Part shown: piece after piece, positions 18,622-26,562 of the stretch
Numbering within the stretch: position 1 is the first letter of the stretch
Layout of the letters: each line of letters starts with the position of its first letter
Assembly (NCBI GenBank): GCA_017459725.1
Contig: JAFUCL010000103.1
Coordinates: forward strand, 67 to 64,066
Source: Solobacterium sp.
Lineage (GTDB): Bacteria > Bacillota_I > Bacilli_A > Erysipelotrichales > Erysipelotrichaceae
DNA: 64,000 bases
Reading direction: 5' to 3'
The notes under the pieces: generated by a model
What the model saw: the letters and a program-made list of their open reading frames with translations, nothing else
What the model was told of the DNA's origin: nothing
Database searches by the model: none
Translations under genes and position numbers: made by a program

Positions 18622-19021
18622 GATCATCACCCGCTTTCCGGGTATATGCCAGTTCAGCTTCAGCAGCTTCCCTGCGCAGCGTAAAGAGTTTCTGGTCTGC
18701 ATGGTAAAAATACACGGTATAGAACACCGAACCCAGCAGCAGCACGATTCCCATGAGCAGATGCTCGGTTCCGTTTCTGCCCGGTGAATCCGGTGAAGCC
18801 GCCAGCGGAACTTTTTCCTCTTCAATATCTTCGGCCGGAATATCCTCCACGACCGTGATCAGCAGCTCCTTCTCAGGTTCCGGTGATGGTGTTGTTTCGG
18901 CTGTTTCCTCCGCCGCAACGGTGATCTGCGAAGGCAGAGATATCATCACACTCATCGCAAAAAACAGACACAATGCGGTCAGTGCGGTCAGTAGATATCT
19001 TTTTATTCTGTTCATGTTCAT
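18611..19021 (-). CDS. Small secreted/membrane protein (136 aa) with DIEEEKVPLAASP motif and C-terminal TM
   Basis: Signal peptide ending TVAA, short acidic ectodomain, VPLA motif, TM LLMGIVLLLGSVFYTVYFY, charged tail. Confidence 0.75.
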   Translation of the reverse strand: MNMNRIKRYLLTALTALCLFFAMSVMISLPSQITVAAEETAETTPSPEPEKELLITVVEDIPAEDIEEEKVPLAASPDSPGRNGTEHLLMGIVLLLGSVFYTVYFYHADQKLFTLRREAAEAELAYTRKAGDDHER

Positions 19022-19025
19022 AGGC

Positions 19026-20225
19026 TTACCTGCTTCTCTGTTTCAGTGTAAAAGCAATATGCAGTGTGTTCCCGATATGATCCGGAATATAAACATCACT
19101 GCTTATTTGCGGGTATTCAAAGACGATTTCACCTGTTTCACTGTCATACCGCAGCGGTTTGATGATGGTGCCGCTGATATCCCTGGCATAAACACCGCGG
19201 TAATTGACACCTATGCCTTCATCCTTTACGTACAGAATGACTTCACCGTTTTCCGTACGGCTCTCGCTCAGCACCGGTCCTTTCGCATCAACTGCGGTTA
19301 CCGGATACACGGTATGGGTATTCTGTCTGTTGATCAGTTCCACCTCAATCGTCATATCCGCATTCCGGATCGGCTCAACGGTAAAGATTTTTGCATCCGC
19401 TTCATAGACCGGAAGACTGTGACTGCGGATTCTGGCAGTGACACGCCTGACCGGCAGGAACGACTTCACCGAGATCGTGTAAACAGGAAGACCCCTGCTG
19501 CCAAGATCCACGGAAGATACATCGTATTCCGGCAGAATAAACAGCATCGGCAAAGCCAGGAACAGTATTCCCGCTCCGACCGTTATTCTCTTCTGCAGGG
19601 AAAAGCGCTCTTTCCGGTAAACCGCATAGGAAGACAAAGCTTCCATCGGCACCGTATTTGCCTTCCAGCCGCAGATATCAAACGCATGGCTCAGCGTCTG
19701 CAGCAATCGGACGGGATCGGCCTTTTCCGTATGCACGAAAGGAATACTGTCTGTAACGGATACAGTACTGCGTTTGCCTGCAGAGATGCCGAGATGGCGG
19801 TCTGCCGATTTCAGATACCGCTTCACCATGGACCGGCTCACATTGAGCAGATCTGCGATTAAGGAGTTGCTCATGTTCTGTCTGTACTTCATAACAGCCA
19901 TCTGTGATTCACTCAGCGGCAATGAAAGCAGACGGATCATTTCCTCATCTTCCGTATCCGCACGTTCCATGGCACAGCGAAGACACTGGCGCAGTGCCCA
20001 GGGCAAAAACAGTTCGGGATTCTGCAGTGATGGAATTCCCTTCAGAATCATCACAACCGAACTCTGCATGAGCTCCCACACGGTTTCCCGGTCGTCACTC
20101 AGATGTCTCAGATAGATATAGAAACGCTCTGCACAGGCCGCATACAGCTCCGCAAAGGAATTGCTGCTGCCGGTCATAGCCTTACGGACTATATCATTCA
20201 GATATGCCTGGTCCAGTCTCTCCAC
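19026..20225 (-). CDS. ECF sigma-70-like protein fused to a TM helix and a predicted extracellular beta-rich domain
   Basis: Sigma-2-like SFAELY..F..W and sigma-4-like LLSLP..MS..IA.LL.VS...VK..L; TM ITVGAGILFLALPMLFIL; C-terminal VDAKGPVL (Ig-like); GTG start 20225 after GGGAG (track start 20273). Confidence 0.72.
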   Translation of the reverse strand: MERLDQAYLNDIVRKAMTGSSNSFAELYAACAERFYIYLRHLSDDRETVWELMQSSVVMILKGIPSLQNPELFLPWALRQCLRCAMERADTEDEEMIRLLSLPLSESQMAVMKYRQNMSNSLIADLLNVSRSMVKRYLKSADRHLGISAGKRSTVSVTDSIPFVHTEKADPVRLLQTLSHAFDICGWKANTVPMEALSSYAVYRKERFSLQKRITVGAGILFLALPMLFILPEYDVSSVDLGSRGLPVYTISVKSFLPVRRVTARIRSHSLPVYEADAKIFTVEPIRNADMTIEVELINRQNTHTVYPVTAVDAKGPVLSESRTENGEVILYVKDEGIGVNYRGVYARDISGTIIKPLRYDSETGEIVFEYPQISSDVYIPDHIGNTLHIAFTLKQRSR

Positions 20226-20316
20226 ACTGTTCTCCCGTCTCCTGTATATCATATATCGCAGGCGAATAATCATAAGTGCCTGCTGTTACCGGTAAAATTG
20301 ATGCTTTCTGTGACTG

Positions 20317-21000
20317 TTAAGCGGATGCACGCCGGTCTGACAGTGCCACAAGCTCCGCCAGTGAGGCTGCCTGTTCCTTCTGCTGCAGAGCTGTTCCGGC
20401 ATGGTATTTAATAGCCGCATCGGGATGCGCCTCGTTATAGTGATTGATTCCCGTTTCTACAGCTTCCAGAAATCCGGCTATCCGCTTCTCCGTACTTTCA
20501 CGGAAAATCGCAACAAACTTGTTGCCGCCGTTTCTGCCCAGGAAGCAGATTCCCCCAGCCGCATTGCTGAGGGTCTCCGAGAATGCCTGAATCGCCGCAT
20601 CTCCTCCCGCATGACCGTGCGCTTTGTTGATCTCCGACAGATTGAGCAGATCAAGGGTTACACAGCCCATATCCGCCGGTATGACGCCTTCCGCAAACCT
20701 CTGGATATAAAGGTCCACACTGTAACGGTTGGCAATACCGGTCAGGGCATCGGAATACACCGCATGGTCAAGCTCCGAATTCTCCCGGCGCAGATCTGCA
20801 TACGAATTGAAGTCATAGAACAGAAAAGCAAACGAAATGCCGAGCACAACCCACAGCAAAAGTGCCAGCATACGTATACTGCGGTCTGCCGCAATCATGC
20901 TGTACAGTTCATGATTGTTGAAAATAATCAGCAGTCCTGCCGCCGTACACAATACCAGCAGAATCAGCTGTACGGTCTTGATCACATCAAAACGCTTCAT
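20317..21000 (-). CDS. Two-TM GGDEF-domain protein with degenerate active site (GGNKF)
   Basis: DALTGIANR, INKAHGHAGGDAAI and GRNGGNKFVAIF; two N-terminal TM helices; start overlaps the lepB stop (ATGA). Confidence 0.85.
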   Translation of the reverse strand: MKRFDVIKTVQLILLVLCTAAGLLIIFNNHELYSMIAADRSIRMLALLLWVVLGISFAFLFYDFNSYADLRRENSELDHAVYSDALTGIANRYSVDLYIQRFAEGVIPADMGCVTLDLLNLSEINKAHGHAGGDAAIQAFSETLSNAAGGICFLGRNGGNKFVAIFRESTEKRIAGFLEAVETGINHYNEAHPDAAIKYHAGTALQQKEQAASLAELVALSDRRASA

Positions 21001-21554
21001 GAATCACCACCTGCTTCCCGCATCAGCCTGCGCAGACTGCCGCCGCTGTACACAAGAATAATCCTTCCCTTGATCTGCCGCAGATTCACTTCACCGAACG
21101 TCCGTGAATCAAGCGAAACGGTGCGGTTATCTCCCAGCACAAAGACATTGCCTTCCCTGACCGCATACGGGAATATGACTGTTCCCGTCTCGGTCTCCGT
21201 CTGTCCGCGCGCCCACGGTTCATCCAGCACCTCACCGTTGACAATAACACTGCCATCCGCCAGATCCACCGTATCACCGCCCTGTGCAATCACCCGCTTG
21301 ATATAGTAATCACCGGAAGGAACACGCATGGAAACCACATCACCGTAACGGTAATCTTTCCCTGTACGCAGATAGACGACAATATCACCGTCCATAAGAT
21401 TCGGATACATCGACTCACCGCCGACAACCGATATACCGATGACAAAACGGAATACAATGACCAATGCTAAAATAAGCACAATAAAGAAAAGCGAATCCCG
21501 CAGCCAGTCGAGCTTCAGACCATTGTACCGTTCCAGTAATCTTCTGTTTCTCAC
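20997..21554 (-). CDS. lepB: Signal peptidase I (S26)
   Basis: Catalytic GESMYP (Ser) and YIKRV (Lys), GDNRxxSLDSR box; one N-terminal TM; start uncertain (GTG 21554 favoured, track 21620). Confidence 0.92.
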   Translation of the reverse strand: MRNRRLLERYNGLKLDWLRDSLFFIVLILALVIVFRFVIGISVVGGESMYPNLMDGDIVVYLRTGKDYRYGDVVSMRVPSGDYYIKRVIAQGGDTVDLADGSVIVNGEVLDEPWARGQTETETGTVIFPYAVREGNVFVLGDNRTVSLDSRTFGEVNLRQIKGRIILVYSGGSLRRLMREAGGDS

Positions 21555-21560
21555 ATATAA

Positions 21561-21566
21561 ATTATA
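21561..21566 (-). promoter_or_regulatory. -10 box (TATAAT) heading the lepB-to-giant-protein operon
   Basis: Perfect TATAAT in the AT-rich gap after ftsZ, 6 nt before the in-frame GTG; no strong -35. Confidence 0.5.
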
Positions 21567-21638
21567 CTTTGGACAAGCATAATCGAAAACGGATTCGCAC
21601 ATAAAAAACCGCGTTTTCACGCGGTTTGTGAGTAATCA

Positions 21639-22748
21639 TTAACCTCTGTTGAAGAAATTCGGGATACCGGAACGGTCATCATCCTCTTCTTCGACAACGG
21701 AAGAGATTCTGCCGAAGCTGAGATCATCATCATCACTGCTGGCAACGACACCAGAACCGGAAATCGGATTCTTTTCAGAAGCAGGACCATCTGTTTCAAT
21801 CATCGTAGCACGCGGCAGATCGAAGCCTGTAGCGATAACCGTAACGATGATGGACTCACCGATCTTATCATTGATGGCAACACCGAAGATGATATCGATA
21901 TCATTACCGGCTGCCTGACGGATGAAGTCAACAGCTTCCTGTGCATCGTATGCGGACATGCTTGCACCGCCGGTAACGTTGACGATTGCACTCTTGGCAC
22001 CTGTAATCTGTGCTTCAAGCAGCGGAGACTGAATAGCCTTCGTAGCTGCATCCTTAGCCTTGTTTTCACCGGAAGCCATACCGATACCGATGAGAGCACT
22101 GCCCTGACCTTCCATGACACTCTTGATATCAGCGAAGTCAAGGTTGATCATAGCCGGTACAGCAATCAGATCAGTAATTGTCTGAACACCCTGGCGCAGG
22201 ATGTTGTCCGCTTCTTTAAATGCATCTTCAAAAGGTATATGACCGATAACTTCCAGAACTTTGTTGTTGGAAATAATAATCAGACTGTCTACATATTCTT
22301 TGAGCTGTTCCAGACCCTGTTCAGCCTGGATCATTCTCTTACGGCCTTCAAAGCTGAACGGCTTTGTGACAATACCGACTGTCAGGCATCCGAGCTCTTT
22401 TGCAATCTTTGCAAACAGAGGAGATGCACCTGTACCGGTACCGCCGCCAAGACCGGCTGTCAGGAAGATCATATCTGCACCTTCCATTGCCTTCTTGATA
22501 TCAGCTTCGCTTTCAACTGCTGCCTTACGGCCGTTGTCAGGATTTCCGCCGGCACCGAGACCTTCTCTGCCGAGCTGAATCTTATTGGCTACAGGAGAAA
22601 CATCAAGAGCCTGCAGATCGGTGTTTGCTACATAGAATTCAACACCCTGCACGCCTTCCTGCACCATGCGGTTCACTGCATTGCTTCCGGCGCCGCCAAC
22701 ACCGAATACCTTAATCTTTGCAATCTGATTGTACGATAAATCTGCCAT
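21639..22748 (-). CDS. ftsZ: Cell division protein FtsZ
   Basis: GVGGAGSNAVNRM, GLGAGGNP, GGGTGTG tubulin signature, INLDFAD, C-terminal IPNFF. Confidence 0.99.
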   Translation of the reverse strand: MADLSYNQIAKIKVFGVGGAGSNAVNRMVQEGVQGVEFYVANTDLQALDVSPVANKIQLGREGLGAGGNPDNGRKAAVESEADIKKAMEGADMIFLTAGLGGGTGTGASPLFAKIAKELGCLTVGIVTKPFSFEGRKRMIQAEQGLEQLKEYVDSLIIISNNKVLEVIGHIPFEDAFKEADNILRQGVQTITDLIAVPAMINLDFADIKSVMEGQGSALIGIGMASGENKAKDAATKAIQSPLLEAQITGAKSAIVNVTGGASMSAYDAQEAVDFIRQAAGNDIDIIFGVAINDKIGESIIVTVIATGFDLPRATMIETDGPASEKNPISGSGVVASSDDDDLSFGRISSVVEEEDDDRSGIPNFFNRG

Positions 22749-22762
22749 AACCCTTTCCTCTC

Positions 22763-24019
22763 TTACCTCTTACTGTTGGAAAACATTCCCTTAAGCTTCC
22801 TCGTCAGAGTATCTTCCTGATCGTCTTTCTTATCACGATACGAAACTGATTTCAGGAATTCCTCCATATTCAGGCTGTTATCGGTATATCCGGTAATCGG
22901 CAATTTGTCTTTATAAGCATAAAATAAACCCAGACAGCATGTCATCCCTGCATTCCGTCCGCCAAGGGTTTCCGGAATATAGTTTCTGACTTCGCATCCG
23001 AGCTTACGCTGAAGAAGCTCGTCAAGGCCCTGCATTTCGCCGCCTTCTCCCGCTATGATAACAGTAGTTGGGCCGGCTTGCAAGATTCCGCCGCATAATT
23101 TCTCCATATCGGACACCCATCCGTCAACAGAACCGCGGATGCAGTCACAGAGTTCCTGTTCGGTAATTTTGCGTGCATTGCCGTTCTCAGACCAGATATA
23201 TACCGGATTTGTGGAGTTGACTTTTTCATTCAGACGGGCGCTGTATTTAACAAGCTCAGCTGCTTCAGCCCGCTTCAGACCGTACTGATCAACGATCGGT
23301 GAAGCAATCGTACCGACACCGACCGGAACAATCGTGCACTCACGCAGACGTCCTCTGGCAAGTCTTGCCACGGTTGTTGCCGTACGTTCCATCTTAAGAA
23401 CGATAACGTTGCGGTCTACACTCTGTTCAAACAGAGCTGCTTCCTTGGCTGCCGCAAAGACATCCAGGAAGATATCCATAACTGTCAGACCGGCATTCTC
23501 AATGCAGCCGACAAGTGTGAAGGCCATCTGACGGTCCGCACACAGAAGATCAATATCAACGGTCAGTTCACTTGCTCTCTCACCGACCGGAAGACGCCTT
23601 GACGCAATACCGTCAACGGTATACTTGACCGCAACCGTCTGGATCAGGGCCAGGTTTTTATCAATGGATACCTGCTGCGCATTCTTAAGAGCTGTGCGTA
23701 CATCCTGTACGGTGATGACACCGTCAATGCCCTCAACCGGAACAGTTGCTTTTACGGATTTGCGCTTCATGGCAACGGACGGAATGGAAAGAATGACTTT
23801 TTCTACGGTTGCACCGAGCATCTTCCTTGTTTCATCAGCTGCCTGACGTACTGCTTTTGTTATTTCCTCAGGATTCAGAACCTGGTCATATGACATCGCA
23901 TCGGTAGGTATGCGTTCTACTTTCAGAATATTAAAACGTGTGTTGAAGAATTCCCCCACAACCATGCGTACTTCATGATCGGCAACTTCCACTGCCGCAA
24001 AAATCTGCTTGTCGCTCAC
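22763..24019 (-). CDS. ftsA: Cell division protein FtsA
   Basis: Actin-like fold motifs (IFAAVEV..EVRMVV, AGEGGEMQGL); directly upstream of ftsZ; GTG start after AAGGAG. Confidence 0.85.
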   Translation of the reverse strand: MSDKQIFAAVEVADHEVRMVVGEFFNTRFNILKVERIPTDAMSYDQVLNPEEITKAVRQAADETRKMLGATVEKVILSIPSVAMKRKSVKATVPVEGIDGVITVQDVRTALKNAQQVSIDKNLALIQTVAVKYTVDGIASRRLPVGERASELTVDIDLLCADRQMAFTLVGCIENAGLTVMDIFLDVFAAAKEAALFEQSVDRNVIVLKMERTATTVARLARGRLRECTIVPVGVGTIASPIVDQYGLKRAEAAELVKYSARLNEKVNSTNPVYIWSENGNARKITEQELCDCIRGSVDGWVSDMEKLCGGILQAGPTTVIIAGEGGEMQGLDELLQRKLGCEVRNYIPETLGGRNAGMTCCLGLFYAYKDKLPITGYTDNSLNMEEFLKSVSYRDKKDDQEDTLTRKLKGMFSNSKR

Positions 24020-24130
24020 ACTAAAACTCCTTCCGTAAACACATAAAAATTTTATCACAAGAATGAGTGATTAAAAAGATAAATACCTGTAAAACTTGTG
24101 CATATTCATCGCTATTCTTGCTTTTTGTGA

Positions 24131-24159
24131 TTGCAATTCACTCTTAAGCGTGATACTCT
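24131..24159 (+). promoter_or_regulatory. Sigma-A promoter of rpmB
   Basis: TTGCAA-17 bp-TACTCT with extended TG. Confidence 0.65.
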
Positions 24160-24195
24160 TATTAAGCGTTTAAGTGACAAGGAGGTGTACTGGTA

Positions 24196-24414
24196 ATGTC
24201 AAGAGTTTGTGCCGTATCCGGCAAAAAAGCAATGTCCGGTAACAGACGCTCCCATTCACTGCGTGCTACCCGCCGCAAGTGGAATGTAAACCTGCAGAAG
24301 GTTCATATGATCGTTGACGGAAAGCCGCAGACAGTACGGATTTCTGCCCGCGCTCTGAAAACTCTCAAAGGTGGAGCCGCAAAGAAAGCAAAAGCTGCAG
24401 CTCAGGCTGAGTAA
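24196..24414 (+). CDS. rpmB: 50S ribosomal protein L28
   Basis: [30 protein letters not shown]; AAGGAGGTG RBS. Confidence 0.97.
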   Translation: MSRVCAVSGKKAMSGNRRSHSLRATRRKWNVNLQKVHMIVDGKPQTVRISARALKTLKGGAAKKAKAAAQAE

Positions 24415-24446
24415 AAAAACTGATTCCCTTTCGGGAATCTTTTTTT
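24415..24446. terminator. Bidirectional intrinsic terminator between rpmB and thiN
   Basis: GATTCCC-TTTC-GGGAATC hairpin flanked by A-run and T-run. Confidence 0.8.
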
Positions 24447-25053
24447 AATCTTCTGAGAGAAAGACCAGCACTGTGCCCTCATGAACCGTCAGGATACCCT
24501 CTTCACCGGTGATCTCATTCGAGAGTCCGTAAAGATCCTCCGGTTTAAGTTCGCGGTGATCCAGGGCATACTTCATGCCCTGCAGTGATATACAGGAAGG
24601 GTCACAGGCAAATACAGAGAAATACTTTGACTCACCTGCCGGGAAGCGCCAGCTTCCCTTTTTATATGCCTTGATTCTGTTCCGGCTGTCGGCCAGGGTC
24701 AGCACACCGGCAAACTGCACAGCCAGCTGCAGATTGACATATTCATGGTCGAGTCTGCCGCCCAGTGCCCCGTACAGGACTATATCCGCATATCCGCGGG
24801 AGACTGCTTCACGCACGGCATGTTCACTGTCACTGTCATCCTTGATGCAGTTCAGAACGACAACCTCATCCGCGTATGCTTTGATCCTCTCAAGTTCTTC
24901 AGCAGTGACCGAATCAAAATCACCCACTGCCAGAACCATGCGGATCCCCTGATCGGCCAGCACGAGCGCTCCTCGGTCGGCACCGATATAATCAGCGTTT
25001 TCTTCCGGCACAACCTCAGCCCGCTTCAGCGCAATGATGCACTTATCCTTCAA
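24445..25053 (-). CDS. thiN: Thiamine diphosphokinase
   Basis: GADRGA, GDFDS, KDDSDSE, GGRLDH and GLSNE motifs; conserved position after rpe. Confidence 0.93.
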   Translation of the reverse strand: MKDKCIIALKRAEVVPEENADYIGADRGALVLADQGIRMVLAVGDFDSVTAEELERIKAYADEVVVLNCIKDDSDSEHAVREAVSRGYADIVLYGALGGRLDHEYVNLQLAVQFAGVLTLADSRNRIKAYKKGSWRFPAGESKYFSVFACDPSCISLQGMKYALDHRELKPEDLYGLSNEITGEEGILTVHEGTVLVFLSED

Positions 25054-25687
25054 GCGACCTCACCGCCTCACCGATGTTTCTCTTAAATACATAGGAACCC
25101 GCCACCAGCACATCAGCACCTGCTTCACGCACAAGCTTCGCGGTTTCAGCATTGATACCGCCGTCCACCTGGATATGCATGGAAAGACCTGCTTCATTGA
25201 TCCATTGTCTGAGTGTGCGGATCTTATCGAGACTTGCCGGCATGAACGCCTGTCCGCCAAAGCCCGGCTCCACGGACATAACAAGAACCATATCAAAGTA
25301 CGGCAGCAGATCCTTCAGCACTTCCGGATCGGTTGCAGGTTTGATGGAGATACCTGCCTGTTTGCCGCGGGCGTGAATATGTTCCGCCAGCTGCACGGCC
25401 TTCTCAGCACCGGCTGCCTCATAATGGAACGTAATCATGTCCGCACCGGCATCTATGAAGATATCAGCGAAGAATACGGGATCACTTACCATAAGATGGA
25501 CATCCATATACAGATTGCTTAACTTGCAGAAAGCTTTCAGAATATCAGGTCCGAAGGTCAGATTCGGCACAAAATGTCCGTCCATCACGTCGAAGTGAAG
25601 CCACTGCGCTCCGGATGCATTCAGTTCAGACACCTGTTCGGGAAGTCTGCTGTAGTCCAGTGCAAGCACTGACGGTGAGATAATCAT
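25043..25687 (-). CDS. rpe: Ribulose-phosphate 3-epimerase
   Basis: ISPSVL, HFDVMDGHFVPNLTFG, MSVEPGFGGQ, VDGGIN. Confidence 0.97.
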   Translation of the reverse strand: MIISPSVLALDYSRLPEQVSELNASGAQWLHFDVMDGHFVPNLTFGPDILKAFCKLSNLYMDVHLMVSDPVFFADIFIDAGADMITFHYEAAGAEKAVQLAEHIHARGKQAGISIKPATDPEVLKDLLPYFDMVLVMSVEPGFGGQAFMPASLDKIRTLRQWINEAGLSMHIQVDGGINAETAKLVREAGADVLVAGSYVFKRNIGEAVRSLEG

Positions 25688-26547
25688 AAATACTTTTCCT
25701 TTCTGCTCTGAATCATTTTCAGGACCGCGAGATAGTTGTCATACCTGCTGCGGGATATCTCCCCTGCTTCAACAGCCTCTTTGACAGCGCACCCCGGTTC
25801 ATTCTGGTGGATGCAGTCGTTAAAGCGGCAGCACCCGAGATGCGGTCTGAATTCAATCACACTGTAGGCAAGATCTTCGGCACTCATATGCGAGAAGTCC
25901 AGTGAAGAGAAGCCCGGTGTATCCGCCACCCATCCCCCGGCAACAGCATGCAGCTCATTATGCCGTGTCGTATGTTTGCCACGGCCCAGTGCTTTTGATA
26001 TTTCCTGTGTTGCCAGATGGAAGGAAGGCTCCAGGGTATTCAGCAATGTTGACTTGCCTGCTCCGGACTGTCCGGTCAGCACCGATATACGGCCGCTGAG
26101 GATACCGGCAAGTTCCGGTTCCAGCGTATCCTTGGCTGTGCGGATCACCTTGATTGGTCCCTTTTCATAGTCCTGGATGATAGCTTCCAGTTCATCCGAT
26201 ATGCCGAGGTCCGTTTTCGTTATGATCAGAACCGGTTCAATCCCCGCATCCGCAATCAGAAAAGACAGCCGGTCTACCAGTACGGATGAAAAAACCGGAT
26301 CCTTGACGCTCATAACAATCAGTGCCTGATCCACATTGGCTACAGCCGGTCTTTTCAGACAATTCGTACGCGGCAGAATACGATCTATCCCGTACTGTCC
26401 GTCCGTAAGGCGCAGCTCCACCAGATCACCCGCATACGGAGTGAACTGAAGACGCACTTTGCCCATTGCCACAGCGCGTACGGTTTCACCGCTGTCCAGA
26501 CGGACCGTATAGTTCTTTGATACAATACTGAGAATTCGACCTCTCAT
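25684..26547 (-). CDS. rsgA: Ribosome small subunit-dependent GTPase A
   Basis: GQSGAGKST, GRGKHTT, DTPGF and zinc finger CRFNDCIHQNEPGC. Confidence 0.97.
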   Translation of the reverse strand: MRGRILSIVSKNYTVRLDSGETVRAVAMGKVRLQFTPYAGDLVELRLTDGQYGIDRILPRTNCLKRPAVANVDQALIVMSVKDPVFSSVLVDRLSFLIADAGIEPVLIITKTDLGISDELEAIIQDYEKGPIKVIRTAKDTLEPELAGILSGRISVLTGQSGAGKSTLLNTLEPSFHLATQEISKALGRGKHTTRHNELHAVAGGWVADTPGFSSLDFSHMSAEDLAYSVIEFRPHLGCCRFNDCIHQNEPGCAVKEAVEAGEISRSRYDNYLAVLKMIQSRKEKYL

Positions 26548-26562
26548 GCCACCTCACTCAAA

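Noticed and set aside
18628-18825. N-terminal extension of the 114-aa ORF in the track
   Set aside because: Overlaps the better-supported 136-aa gene in another frame; the RBS supports a start at 18621 or 18627
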